Part shown: positions 18,725 to 29,003 of the stretch, in pieces | Layout of the letters: each line of letters begins with the position of its first letter | Position numbering within the stretch: the stretch's first letter is position 1 | Assembly: GCA_017886205.1 (NCBI GenBank) | Contig: JAFNEO010000040.1 | Span: 57,346 to 121,345 of the forward strand | Source: Candidatus Aminicenantes bacterium | Lineage (GTDB): Bacteria; Acidobacteriota; Aminicenantia; Aminicenantales; UBA8522 | DNA: 64,000 nt | Direction: 5' to 3' | Made by a program: the position numbers and the translations under genes | Notes under the pieces: model-generated | Database searches by the model: none | What the model was told of the DNA's origin: nothing | The model's input: only the letters and a program-made list of their open reading frames with translations

Positions 18725-19609
18725 ATGAAGAAGTCCCCTTATGTTGTCTTTTTTATCTTTTTGCTTTGTTCCCCCATGGCCTGCCGGCAGAAGGCGGCCG
18801 AGCCGGATCCCGGAAAAGCCGCGGCTCAAGCGAAAGTTGAGGAGCAGGCCATGAAGACCATCCGCATGGAGCAGATGACCTGGCCCCAGATCAAGGGGGC
18901 GATCGAGTCGGGGTTTACGACGGCCGTCTTCGCGGTGGGGTCGACCGAGCAGCACGGTCCGCATCTGCCGACGATGACCGACGCGCGTATCGGTGAAGAC
19001 TTAGTGGAGCGCGCGGCCCGCAAGCTCGGTCACGCGCTTCAGGCGCGCACGATCGACGTCGGCCTATCGGATCACCACCTCGCCTTCGCCGGCACGATTT
19101 CCCTCAAACCCGAGACGCTGTTGCTGATCATCCGCGATTATGTGGACAGCCTCGCGCGCCATGGCTTCAGGCACATCGTCGTCATCCCGATACACGGCGG
19201 CAACTTCGCGACGGTGCGGCAAGCCATCGACGAGGCGCGGAAGGCCCATCCCGAGATTGATGTCACGGGCTTCACGGATATGCCTGGGCTGATGGACACC
19301 CTCTACCGGATGTCGGCCAAATACGGCATCTCCGCGGAGGAAGCCGGAGGGCACGCCGGCGAGTCTGAGACCTCGATGATGATGGCCCTGGAGCCCGGGC
19401 TGGTCGCCGTCGACCGCTTCGCGCCCGGCTACCTCGGTCCGTTCGGCGAGGCCGAGACGAAGCTGATGATGGAGAAGGGCATGTCGGCCCTCACCGCCAA
19501 CGGCATCCTGGGCGACCCCCGCAGGGCATCCGCCGAGAAGGGCGAGGTCTACCTCGAGCGGCTCGCCGACTTCGTGGTCTCCAAGATCGAACCAAAGACA
19601 GCCGAATGA
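18725..19609 (+). CDS. Creatininase-family amidohydrolase (creatinine amidohydrolase-like) with a lipoprotein-type signal
   Basis: Family motifs are present (MEQMTWPQIKGAIESGFTTAVFAVGSTEQHGPHLP... and HGGN, E...H metal ligands). The N-terminus is MKKSPYVVFFIFLLCSPMAC. Confidence 0.7.
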   Translation: MKKSPYVVFFIFLLCSPMACRQKAAEPDPGKAAAQAKVEEQAMKTIRMEQMTWPQIKGAIESGFTTAVFAVGSTEQHGPHLPTMTDARIGEDLVERAARKLGHALQARTIDVGLSDHHLAFAGTISLKPETLLLIIRDYVDSLARHGFRHIVVIPIHGGNFATVRQAIDEARKAHPEIDVTGFTDMPGLMDTLYRMSAKYGISAEEAGGHAGESETSMMMALEPGLVAVDRFAPGYLGPFGEAETKLMMEKGMSALTANGILGDPRRASAEKGEVYLERLADFVVSKIEPKTAE

Positions 19610-19658
19610 AACTAACATTTCATTGCCGCATCCAAGGCTCTTGGCAAGGAGGAGGGAT

Positions 19659-20936
19659 ATGAGTAAAACGGGAAAGTGCTTATTGATCTTGTGGGGACTC
19701 TTTTTTCTGGCCATTCTTGCATCGGCGGACCAGACCTATGCGATTAAGGCTGGGCGGCTGATCGATGGACAGAGTAATCAGGTCCGTCAGAATGTCATCA
19801 TCGTTGTTCAAGGGAATAAGATCACTGCGCTTGGCGAAAACGCGGCTATCCCTAAAGAGGCCGTCATTATCGACCTCAGCGATAAAACTGTGCTTCCCGG
19901 CTTCATCGATGCCCATACCCACATTATGGTTGATGGCGTGGATGATTATGGAGCTGATCTTTACAAGAATTCGACGCCCTTCCGGACTATCAGGGCCGTA
20001 GCTTCCGTGCGTCAAGCCCTCTGGAACGGCTTCACCGCCTTGCGGGACGTGGAGTCTGAGGGGGCTATGTATGCCGATGTGGATGTAAAGAAAGCGATCA
20101 ATATGGGCCTCATTCCAGGTCCACGATTGTGGGTATCAACGCGTGGATTGAACACATCGGGACGCTATATGCCCAATGATTATTCCTGGGAGCTCGATCT
20201 TCCCAAAGGCGTCCAGATGGTCAGCGGGATTGATGAGGGCCTGAAGGCGGTTAGAGAGCAGGTCGCCTATGGGGCTGACTGGATCAAGATTTATGTGGAC
20301 TGGCCTTTCTTTATTGATAAGGACGGTGGAATATCCGGCCTGACAAATTTTACCCCGGAAGAATTGGCGGCCATGGTGAATGAGGCCCATAGGCTCGAAC
20401 GCAAAGTGGCGGCTCATGCCATCAGCCGGAACGGGATAAAAGCCGCTCTGGAAGCCGGCGTCGACAGTATCGAACACGGAAGCGGGTTTGATGATAGCTT
20501 GATCGATCAGGCTAAGACGCAGGGAGTCTATTGGTGCCCGACATTGCTAGTGTTCGAACACAGTTTCGAACAAAGGGCATCCCCGCTTCTCAAGCAGTTG
20601 CTAGAAATAGAATATAAGGCGCTCAATAAAGCCTATAAAAAAGAACTGAAGATCGCCCTAGGCACGGATGCCGGCTCCTTTCCTTGGTCGATAAACCAGG
20701 CCAAGGAATTTGAGCTCTTGGTCAAGAAAGCAGGCTTCAGTCCGATGGACGCTATAAAAGCAGGCACCTCTGTCGCTGCCGAATTGCTCGGCCAATCGGC
20801 TGAAATCGGTCACATAGCACCCGGGATGTTAGCCGATATTGTTGCCGTTCCTGGTGATCCATTGCAGGACATCTCGGTGCTTCAGAAGGTCATGTTCGTC
20901 ATGAAGGACGGCAGTGTATTTCGGCATGACAAATAG
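19659..20936 (+). CDS. Metal-dependent amidohydrolase superfamily protein with a signal peptide
   Basis: The metal-binding HTH motif (GFIDAHTHIMVD) is present, with later conserved His and Asp residues typical of the amidohydrolase fold. The ATG at 19659 follows the RBS aaggaggagggat. Confidence 0.7.
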   Translation: MSKTGKCLLILWGLFFLAILASADQTYAIKAGRLIDGQSNQVRQNVIIVVQGNKITALGENAAIPKEAVIIDLSDKTVLPGFIDAHTHIMVDGVDDYGADLYKNSTPFRTIRAVASVRQALWNGFTALRDVESEGAMYADVDVKKAINMGLIPGPRLWVSTRGLNTSGRYMPNDYSWELDLPKGVQMVSGIDEGLKAVREQVAYGADWIKIYVDWPFFIDKDGGISGLTNFTPEELAAMVNEAHRLERKVAAHAISRNGIKAALEAGVDSIEHGSGFDDSLIDQAKTQGVYWCPTLLVFEHSFEQRASPLLKQLLEIEYKALNKAYKKELKIALGTDAGSFPWSINQAKEFELLVKKAGFSPMDAIKAGTSVAAELLGQSAEIGHIAPGMLADIVAVPGDPLQDISVLQKVMFVMKDGSVFRHDK

Positions 20937-20998
20937 CGAGCTCCTTCGCCCGATGCAAAGAAGCGACTTCAGGCTCACTAAAAAGGAGAAGTGATGCC

Positions 20999-22525
20999 AT
21001 GAACACGCGAACCATGCTTGTTCTTGCCGCCGTGATTCTCGGTGGTCTCATTTCCGCTGTGTCCGGACCGGGCTGCTCCGCGCCGTCGTCGGGTCCGCGC
21101 ACAACCATCCAGGTGTCCTTTGATACCACCGGTCGCTACGTGATCCTGGCTTCGACCAAGGCCGCCGCGGCCTACGGAGCGGCCATCACCGAAGCGAAAC
21201 AACTGCATGCCTCCGCCGAGTTCCGCGAGTTCGATCCGGGCGATCTGGCGACCCTGCTGACGGCACTGAAAACGAATCCGCCTCGTTACGCGTTGGTCTT
21301 CATGCTGCCCGACGAGATCGACGTCAACTCCGGCTGGCGCTGGGTGACGATGGCGACCCAACTCGACGCCGATCCTTTCGTCGATCTGCGCACAGGCTTC
21401 ATCACCGGCGAGAATCCGAACGCGGCGCTCGCCTTCCTCAAACGCATCGGACAGTTCGCTCGCGGCGGGATCACGGTGCCCACGCGGATGGTGGACAACC
21501 TCGGCCCGAATCCGCAAGCCCCCAAGGGCAGTTGCGTGGCGGATAGGGGCAGCTTCATGATCCCCGCCTACGCCGATGCGATGGAAGTGATCACGATCTC
21601 GCATGGACTGGAAGGCTTCACCGCCGAGAAGATGAAGCTCATGGAAGACGCCGGCTTCGTTCACTACGGCGGGCACGGATATCCCGACCGCGTGGTGGAT
21701 TCGCTGAACGGGCCGTGGGTGCGCAAGATCCACTTCGCGCCGGGCCTTTTCTTCAACGGCGCTTGTTACACCGGCGTGCCGTACGGATGGTTCGACATGA
21801 TGGGGCCGAAGGTGACGCGAAAGACCGTCAAGGCGCCCGAGTCGTTCTGCCTGGGCGTGCTCGCCAGCGGCCCCGTAGCCTACTTTGCCTCGCTGCACCC
21901 GGATCACGGTATCCCCGTTTACCAGGAGATGGAGTATCTGGCGTATACCGGCGCGCCGCTGGGCGATGTAATCAAGTACACGCACGACGGCGTGGTGCTG
22001 GGCGGCGGAGGTAAACTGTCCGTCTTCGACGAATTCAAGGACGGCATGTCACACCCGGCGTGGACGCCGGCCGATTTCATGCTGAAAGGAACCGCCTCGC
22101 GCGTTCTGTACGGCGATCCATCACTGAAGGTGATGCAGCCGTTCGCCGAGCCGCCCTTCGACGTGACGTGCACCGCGCAAGGCCGGGCGCTGCAGGTGAC
22201 CGCCACGATCCGGAACCTCAAACTGAAGAGCACCTTCACGGAGACCTACTACAGCGAGATGTCCCAGACCAAGCAGTTCAACGACCGGGCGCTGATCATC
22301 TGCAAACTGCCCGCCAGCTGGACGGCCGTCTCCGGCATCGCGCAACTGTCCGTGACCTCAGGCGGCCAGACGTTGACCGGCAAGCTGATTGGCTTCGGCG
22401 TCGAGCAGGACGGCGGAGCAAACCTGCTGCACGTGCTGATCGATCTGCCCAGCACCGGCTATCAGGACGGCCCGTTCCGTAAACCGGGCGCGAAAGTCAG
22501 CTTCAACGCGAGCCGAATTCAGTGA
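20999..22525 (+). CDS. Hypothetical secreted protein, possibly a clan CD (gingipain/caspase-like) cysteine peptidase
   Basis: It has a signal peptide. VHYGGHGYPD and FFNGACYTG lie about 37 aa apart, resembling the His-Gly ... Ala-Cys catalytic dyad of clan CD peptidases. Its GC content (~63-65%) is somewhat higher than that of its neighbours. Confidence 0.4.
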   Translation: MNTRTMLVLAAVILGGLISAVSGPGCSAPSSGPRTTIQVSFDTTGRYVILASTKAAAAYGAAITEAKQLHASAEFREFDPGDLATLLTALKTNPPRYALVFMLPDEIDVNSGWRWVTMATQLDADPFVDLRTGFITGENPNAALAFLKRIGQFARGGITVPTRMVDNLGPNPQAPKGSCVADRGSFMIPAYADAMEVITISHGLEGFTAEKMKLMEDAGFVHYGGHGYPDRVVDSLNGPWVRKIHFAPGLFFNGACYTGVPYGWFDMMGPKVTRKTVKAPESFCLGVLASGPVAYFASLHPDHGIPVYQEMEYLAYTGAPLGDVIKYTHDGVVLGGGGKLSVFDEFKDGMSHPAWTPADFMLKGTASRVLYGDPSLKVMQPFAEPPFDVTCTAQGRALQVTATIRNLKLKSTFTETYYSEMSQTKQFNDRALIICKLPASWTAVSGIAQLSVTSGGQTLTGKLIGFGVEQDGGANLLHVLIDLPSTGYQDGPFRKPGAKVSFNASRIQ

Positions 22526-22659
22526 GAGATAAGGAGCCCGGTATGCACAAGGACCCAAAGAGCAGGAGAGGAGGGACTACCTGGAGTTCATCGCCCAGGT
22601 CACTTCATTATCTACACTATTTCTCCTCTTCGCTATCATAATATTCGCTCGACCTTTGC

Positions 22660-22850
22660 GCGCCCGTAGCTCAGCGGATAGAGCGGTGGACTTCGAATCA
22701 GAACGGGTGGATTTTTCTAACCTCCTGAAAACAAAGTAATAGTCAATCTTTCCAGCAAGTTACAGATTATCTCTAGGTATACAGAGGTATACGAAAGTCT
22801 ATGGAAGTATACCGGGGATGGTCACAATTTGGTCACAATTCTCATTTTGG
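22660..22850 (+). repeat. Truncated 5' copy of tRNA-Arg(TCG) (nt 1-40, with D-loop variant agCggata) plus a conserved ~150 bp arm. This is an attL-type remnant.
   Basis: The first 40 nt match the intact tRNA at 39460 up to the anticodon loop (cttcgaatc), then diverge into agaacgg.... The downstream 150 bp is about 93% identical to 32481-32630 and contains the direct repeats ggtatac (x3) and ggtcacaatt (x2). Confidence 0.8.
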
Positions 22851-22929
22851 TTAGGCGATTCGATATCCAGTTCTGTCTGAAAGCGAAAGGATAGGGGAGA
22901 GGGCTGTTTTAATGAACTAGTTCACAGGC

Positions 22930-22960
22930 TTGACATGCCCCTTTTTTTATTTAAATATAT
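22930..22960 (+). promoter_or_regulatory. Candidate promoter TTGACA-N16/17-TAAATA upstream of the TonB-dependent receptor gene
   Basis: A consensus -35 is followed by an AT-rich -10 window, about 20 nt upstream of the RBS aaaggagg. Confidence 0.3.
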
Positions 22961-22977
22961 GGCCAAAGGAGGTAAAG

Positions 22978-25791
22978 ATGGGCAGATTCAAACCTTTAAG
23001 TCTGGTCCTGGCGCTTTGTCTCTCTATCTTGTTTGTTGGCCCTTCCATGGCCCAAGAGCAGTATGGGAACCTGAGAGGCGTCGTCGTGGACAAGGATGGC
23101 GCACCGTTGCCGGGCGTCTCCCTCGTCCTCGAATCGCCGAAGTATGGCGCTCGCACCGCGGTCACCTCCGAGGCGGGAAATTTCAGGTTCATCAACATCA
23201 CACCCTCCATCTACACCCTGAAATGCGAGCTCCCGGGCTTTAAGACCTACCTTCAGGAGAACTTGGACATCCGGGTGGGCTCTAACTTTGACCTCAGGAT
23301 CGTCATGGAGCTGGCCGTTCTCCAGGAGGAAGTGACGGTCAAGGCCGAGTCGCCCGTCGTGGACACCAAGAAGACCTCGGTCGGCGTCAACGTCACCCAG
23401 GAGGCCCTCCAAGAAATCCCTTCGGCGCGCGATCCCTGGGTGATTCTTCAGCAGGTCCCCGGAATCTTGATGGCCGAGGAGAACGTGGGCGGTAGCCGCT
23501 CCGGCATGCAAACGGAGTTCTACTCCAAGGGCACCGACTACCGCAGTGCCATGTGGAACATGGACGGCATCCCGATAACCGACCGGGGTTCCATGGGCTC
23601 TTCCTTCTATTATGATTTTGACTCCTTTGAGGAGATAAACATCACTACGGGGGGACAGGATGCGCCGGTCCAAACCGCCGGCGTTTCTATCAACTTCGTC
23701 ACCCGGCGCGGGGGGAACAGGTTTCAGGGAATGGCCCGGGTTTATTTCGCCAACGACGGCCTTCAGTCCGACAACCGGACCGAGGAATTAAGAGAGCTTG
23801 GCTACGTGGGCGACCAAATCACTCAGATCATGGACTACGGTTTCCAGCTCGGCGGCCCCATTCTCAAGGACAGGCTCTGGTTCTGGCTGGGTTGTGGCGT
23901 CCAGGACAGCCGCCGGCTCACCATCGACGGCTACCCGACCACCTACAAGCTTTACAACTACAACGCCAAGCTCAATGCCCAGCTCAGCCCCAAGAACAGG
24001 GCCGAGCTGGCCTTGTACGTTCCTCTCAAATACGCCTACGGGAGAGATGCCGGACCGTTCAACCCGCCGGAGACAACCTTTGACCAGAAGGACAATGGCA
24101 CGGTCTATGTCAAGCTCGAGGACGAACATATTTTCTCCCCGGACTTTCTGCTGTCCTTTAAGCTGTCCTATGTCAGCAACCGCTGGGATCTGTATCCCAA
24201 GGGCGGTCTTGAGCCACAGGGCGGCTATGATCTTGTCACCGGAATGTTTTCAGGAACAAACTCATATGTTTTTAATGAGCGGCCCATTTTCGATGCCAAG
24301 TTGGACGGTATTTTCTTCAGCGACCGGCTCCTGGGCGGAAGCAACGAACTCCGGTTCGGACTGGAGTACCGCCTTCCCAAGGGGCGGTATTATTGGTACG
24401 ACCCCGGGGATGTATGGAAATATTACCGCGACGGCAAGCCGTTTGCCGCCTACGTTGAGAGGGAAGAAAACCTCCAGGGACACCTGGACCACTCCAGTTT
24501 TTATTTAAGTGACTCTTTTACCGCGGGGCGTTTAACCTTAAACCTGGGACTGAGAGTAGACCGGCAGAAGGACAAGATCGATGCCTCACCGGTCCAGGCC
24601 AGCCGCGTCGCCCCCGACCTCTTGCCTGCCCTGACCTTTCCCGCCATCGACCCGGGATTCGCCTTCTTCACCCTCTCGCCAAGGATCGGTTTCACCTTTG
24701 ATTTAACGAACGATAAAAAAACGATGCTCCGGGGCAACATCGCGCGCTACAGCGAGCAAATGGCTTTGACTGCCGGCAATTTGTTAGCTCCCGCCCAATA
24801 CGCCTATGCTCTTTATTTTTGGAAAGACCTCAACGGCGACGACCGGGTCACCACCAATGAGCTCCTGGGCTACCCGCTGGACGGACTGCTCGACTGGGGC
24901 GGGTTTGACCCCTGGAACCCCACCGCCCTTGAAACGCCCAACGCCATCGATAAAAACCTCAAGTCTCCCCTCACGGATGAAATCCTCTTGGCCGTGGAGA
25001 GGGAGATGTTCGCCGATTTCTCCCTGGCTGCCACCCTGATCTCCCGCCGCATGCACCGTTTCACCTGGGAAGTTATGTACGACAAGGAAACGGACACCAA
25101 GATCACCCAGGAAGATTTTATCGGTCCGGTCACCGGATCCCTCACCTATGAAGACCGGACCTACAATTATCAGTATTGGTACTTGGACCAGCTTCGACCC
25201 GCGGGCGCGTTCATGGAGAACTGGCCCGACGCACACCGATACAATTCCTCGGTCGAACTTACGGCTGCGAAACGGCTGAGTCACGGCTGGATGTTAAACG
25301 CTTCTTTTACTTACCAGTGGGATAAGTTCTCTTACGGAGTGAAGGGCTACATCGACCCGACGAATGTCAAGATCAACGACGCCGTCGCAGTGGGCATCTG
25401 GATGGCCAAGATCAACTTCCTGTTCGAACTGCCCTGGGGCATCGCCTTCAGCGGCTTCGCCAATGCCAGGCAGGGCTACAACCTCGGCGAGCAGATCGTT
25501 GTTGATACGCCGGAGAGGGCGGAGACCGGCTTGGGAGCCTATTTCTATCTGGACACGGTCAAACCCGGAGCCAAGAGGCTTCCCGGTTTCGTCAACGCCG
25601 ACTTGAGCCTGTCCAAGAACCTCAGGCTAAAGAACTACGGTTCCCTGGTCCTGGAAGTAGATGCCTTCAACATCTTCAATTCCAGTCATACCCTTGGGCG
25701 ATACAACCTGGCTAACTCGCCTGATTTTGGGCAGATCACGAAAATTCTCAACCCGCGGGTTATACGGCTGGGGATCAAATACCAGTTCTAA
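22978..25791 (+). CDS. TonB-dependent receptor-like outer membrane protein with an N-terminal carboxypeptidase-regulatory-like domain
   Basis: It has a signal peptide, a CarboxypepD_reg-like beta-sandwich (GVVVDKDGAPLPGVSLVLESP...), a plug region and a long beta-barrel ending in the terminal aromatic residues YQF. Confidence 0.75.
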   Translation: MGRFKPLSLVLALCLSILFVGPSMAQEQYGNLRGVVVDKDGAPLPGVSLVLESPKYGARTAVTSEAGNFRFINITPSIYTLKCELPGFKTYLQENLDIRVGSNFDLRIVMELAVLQEEVTVKAESPVVDTKKTSVGVNVTQEALQEIPSARDPWVILQQVPGILMAEENVGGSRSGMQTEFYSKGTDYRSAMWNMDGIPITDRGSMGSSFYYDFDSFEEINITTGGQDAPVQTAGVSINFVTRRGGNRFQGMARVYFANDGLQSDNRTEELRELGYVGDQITQIMDYGFQLGGPILKDRLWFWLGCGVQDSRRLTIDGYPTTYKLYNYNAKLNAQLSPKNRAELALYVPLKYAYGRDAGPFNPPETTFDQKDNGTVYVKLEDEHIFSPDFLLSFKLSYVSNRWDLYPKGGLEPQGGYDLVTGMFSGTNSYVFNERPIFDAKLDGIFFSDRLLGGSNELRFGLEYRLPKGRYYWYDPGDVWKYYRDGKPFAAYVEREENLQGHLDHSSFYLSDSFTAGRLTLNLGLRVDRQKDKIDASPVQASRVAPDLLPALTFPAIDPGFAFFTLSPRIGFTFDLTNDKKTMLRGNIARYSEQMALTAGNLLAPAQYAYALYFWKDLNGDDRVTTNELLGYPLDGLLDWGGFDPWNPTALETPNAIDKNLKSPLTDEILLAVEREMFADFSLAATLISRRMHRFTWEVMYDKETDTKITQEDFIGPVTGSLTYEDRTYNYQYWYLDQLRPAGAFMENWPDAHRYNSSVELTAAKRLSHGWMLNASFTYQWDKFSYGVKGYIDPTNVKINDAVAVGIWMAKINFLFELPWGIAFSGFANARQGYNLGEQIVVDTPERAETGLGAYFYLDTVKPGAKRLPGFVNADLSLSKNLRLKNYGSLVLEVDAFNIFNSSHTLGRYNLANSPDFGQITKILNPRVIRLGIKYQF

Positions 25792-25935
25792 GTCGAGGGC
25801 GCATAGGGGCTAAGGCTTAACTATCGACAAATCGCCGGCTCGGCTGCCAATTGTTGAATGTCGAGACTTGACCCCTTTCATTGACTCCACGGGCCTTAAT
25901 TATTATTCTATCTTCAGCGCAGCCGAGAGCAGGCA

Positions 25936-28689
25936 ATGAAGTGCCCCAAGTGCGAGACGGTTAATCCGGCCGATTCCAAGTTCTGCAAGGAATGCGCGAC
26001 GGCTCTTCCGTTATCTGAAAAGCCTCAGATATCGGTCACCCGAACACTTGAAATGGTGGCCGACGAACTCGCTAGGGGGATGGTCTTTGCCGGCCGCTAC
26101 GAAATTATCGAGGAGCTAGGCGCGGGCGGGATGGGCCGCGTCTACCGGGCCTTCGACAAGAAGATCGACGAGGAAGTGGCCCTCAAGCTCCTCAAGCCGG
26201 CGATCGCGGCGGACAAGAGGATTGTCGAGCGGTTCCGGAACGAGCTGAAAATCGCCCGCAAGATCCGGCATGCCAACGTCTGCGCCATGTTTGATCTGGG
26301 CGAAGAGGGGAAAAACCTCTTCATCTCCATGGAATATGTGCGCGGAGAGGACCTGAGCAGCCTGATCCGGCGGACTGAGAAGCTGACCGCCGGAAAAGCC
26401 GTCCTGATCGCCCGCCAGGTCGCCGAGGGTCTCGGGGAGGCGCACAAGCTCGGCGTCGTCCACCGCGACCTCAAGCCCGGAAACATCATGATCGACAAGG
26501 ACGGCAGCGCCAAGATCATGGATTTCGGGATCGCGCGGTCGCTGACCCTGCCGGGGACGACGTTGGAGGGGATGATCATCGGGACACCCGAATACATGAG
26601 CCCGGAGCAGGTCGAAGGGAAACCGGTCGACCCGCGTTCCGATATCTATTCGCTGGGGATTATTCTTTACGAGATGGTCACGGGCCGGCCTCCGTTCGCC
26701 GGGGATACTCCCTTCAGCGTCGCTTACAAGCACAGGCACGAGGCGCCCGAGGACCCGCGGAAATTCAACCCCCATCTTCCCGATGCCCTCAACCGCGTGA
26801 TTTTGCGCTGCCTGGAGAAAGACAGAGAGGCCAGATACCAGACGGCGCAGGAACTGCTGGCGGATCTGGAGACACTGGAGAGCGAGGCTCCCGTCTCCGT
26901 GGAAACGGCGTGGACGGCAAGAAAACCTCTCCCCTCAAAAGACATCTCGGTCACCTTTTCCCTCAGGAAGCTTCTCATCCCGGGCCTCGTCGCACTGGCC
27001 GTCGTCGTCATCGGGGCCGCCTCCTTCTTCATGTTTAGAAAATCCGGCCCCGGTCTCGACCCCGACCTCGTCGCGGTCGCCCCGTTCGAAAATCTCACGG
27101 GCGATCCCTCGCTCGATATCCTGGGAAGGATGGCTTCCGACTGGGTCGGCCAGGGGCTGTCCCAGATCAGCGGGCTCAAGGTTGTTCCGACGATCAGCGT
27201 GCCGCCGCTGTCCCCTACTGTGAAGTCCGGAGAAAAAACGAGCCCGGCGCTCTCTCCGCTTCATGTTCTCGCCGAACAGACCGGCGCGGGGAAGGTGGTC
27301 TCAGGGACCTATTATCTTGCCGGAGGCGAGCTCCAGTTCCTGTCCAGCATCACGGACGCCCGCAGCCGGATGCTCTTCCGTTCTCTTCAACCGGTCAAGG
27401 GACGCCTGGCCGACAGGATGGATGTCATCGAGAAGCTCCGCCAGCTCATCATGGGCGCCATGGCCGCCGACCTCGGATTTACGATCGGTGATTGGCTGGG
27501 CGTGCGTCCCCCAAGTTATGAGATCTACCAGGAGTTCATCCTGGGAATGAATGCGTTCGGGAGCAGCGATATTCCCAAGTCGATCGGCCATCTGGAAAAG
27601 GCCGTCGAACTCGACCCCGGGTTCATGCCCGCCCACATCTGGCTGGCCCGCTGCTATCAGGTTAAGGGACGGTGGGACAAGGCGGTCCCGATTCTCGAGC
27701 TCACTGATCAGAACAGAGACAAGCTCACGCCCGAAATGCTGCTCTTTTCGGATCGTCTGAGGGCGGATAGTCAGGGCAAATACGAGGAGGGTTTGCGCGC
27801 CCTCCTTGAGCTGCGAAAGCTCGCCCCGCGTGAGCCTCTTTATATCTTCGCGGCTGCCGTAAATGCGATCGCTATCAATAAGCCACGGCAGGTGATCGAT
27901 CTCTTTGAAAAAACCGAAGTCCCGGAGGGCTGGCTGAAAATAGACATAGGATCAGCGTGGTTTGGCCATTGGTCCAACGCTCATTACTTCTTAGGAAACC
28001 ACAAGAAGGAGCTTAAGGTCATCCGCAGGGCCCGGGAATATTACCCTGATGCTTTGGCTCCGATGACCCTGGAAGCAAGGGCGCTGGCGGCTCTGGGAAG
28101 GATCGAAGACGTTAAGAAAGTTGTTGACGAAAGCCTCCTCTCGAGATCTGCGATCGGCGCCTGGACCGCGGGACGGGTCATGCTCGCCGCCGCCCGCGAG
28201 CTCCGCCTGCGCGGATACCAGGAAGCCTACAAGGACATGGCCGGGCGGGCGGCGGAATGGTACAGGGAGCGGCTGGCCGGCAAGGAAGCGTCGGAGGAGC
28301 AACGATTTGAGCTGGTAGAGGCGCTTTATATTGCAGAGCAATGGGAAGAAGCAGACTCTCTCGTCGAAAAACTGAGGTCGGAAAAACCCGATGATATAGA
28401 TTACCTCGGATACGGCGGCGCGCTCGCCCCCAGGAGGGGCGATAAGGAAGAGGCGCTGAGGATTTCCGAGGAGCTGAAGGGGATCGACCGCCCGTTCACG
28501 TTCGGCGCGCAGACGTACTGGCGGGCGAGAATCGCCGCCCTCCTGGGAATGAAGCAAGAGGCCGCGGAGCTTCTTCAACAATCGTTCTCCCAGGGAACAG
28601 AATACGATGTTTTCCTCATCCAGGAAGCGGATTTTGAGCCTCTTCGTGATTATGCGCCGTTTAAAGAGCTGATGAAGCCGAAGGGGTAG
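25936..28689 (+). CDS. Zinc-ribbon Ser/Thr protein kinase (fifth paralog) with a TM segment and a periplasmic/TPR-like tail
   Basis: It has the MKCPKCETVNPADSKFCKECA ribbon and a full Hanks kinase motif set. A TM helix is at about aa 345-365. Confidence 0.85.
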   Translation: MKCPKCETVNPADSKFCKECATALPLSEKPQISVTRTLEMVADELARGMVFAGRYEIIEELGAGGMGRVYRAFDKKIDEEVALKLLKPAIAADKRIVERFRNELKIARKIRHANVCAMFDLGEEGKNLFISMEYVRGEDLSSLIRRTEKLTAGKAVLIARQVAEGLGEAHKLGVVHRDLKPGNIMIDKDGSAKIMDFGIARSLTLPGTTLEGMIIGTPEYMSPEQVEGKPVDPRSDIYSLGIILYEMVTGRPPFAGDTPFSVAYKHRHEAPEDPRKFNPHLPDALNRVILRCLEKDREARYQTAQELLADLETLESEAPVSVETAWTARKPLPSKDISVTFSLRKLLIPGLVALAVVVIGAASFFMFRKSGPGLDPDLVAVAPFENLTGDPSLDILGRMASDWVGQGLSQISGLKVVPTISVPPLSPTVKSGEKTSPALSPLHVLAEQTGAGKVVSGTYYLAGGELQFLSSITDARSRMLFRSLQPVKGRLADRMDVIEKLRQLIMGAMAADLGFTIGDWLGVRPPSYEIYQEFILGMNAFGSSDIPKSIGHLEKAVELDPGFMPAHIWLARCYQVKGRWDKAVPILELTDQNRDKLTPEMLLFSDRLRADSQGKYEEGLRALLELRKLAPREPLYIFAAAVNAIAINKPRQVIDLFEKTEVPEGWLKIDIGSAWFGHWSNAHYFLGNHKKELKVIRRAREYYPDALAPMTLEARALAALGRIEDVKKVVDESLLSRSAIGAWTAGRVMLAAARELRLRGYQEAYKDMAGRAAEWYRERLAGKEASEEQRFELVEALYIAEQWEEADSLVEKLRSEKPDDIDYLGYGGALAPRRGDKEEALRISEELKGIDRPFTFGAQTYWRARIAALLGMKQEAAELLQQSFSQGTEYDVFLIQEADFEPLRDYAPFKELMKPKG

Positions 28690-28737
28690 GATTCCAGGAA
28701 GAGGTTGGCGGCATTGAAGCAATAGTATCTTCTGGGG
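28690..28737 (+). repeat. Copy 1 of a ~45 bp junction motif (GAT[T/G]CCAGGAAGAGG[C/T]TGGC...AAGCAATAGT)
   Basis: Further copies are at 29411-29457 and 39229-39280. The motif contains the inverted repeat GCCAG-N7-CTGGC. Confidence 0.6.
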
Positions 28738-29003
28738 TTAATTGAATCCATCTTTCGTCTTTCAGCTCTGATACCGTAATTTCATCGCTTTTCAGCCAAA
28801 TCGTGCCCACCACGTGACCACGGAGGGCATATAGGGAGGAGTCTGCCTTCCTCGAATTGACTTCCCAAACTCGCTGTGCTAAAGCTTGAGCCATAATAGA
28901 TTGGGGAGAATCTAAAGTCAGCGAGAAGTGAACTAACAACCCACATTTGCAAACCTGACTTTGTCGCTTCCCGATCTGCGAATCACTTTAAAAGGAGGTT
29001 TTC

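Noticed and set aside
22660-22700. The 5' tRNA copies considered as possibly functional tRNA genes
   Set aside because: Both upstream copies stop at nt 40 and have no T arm or acceptor 3' strand, so they cannot fold into a tRNA.
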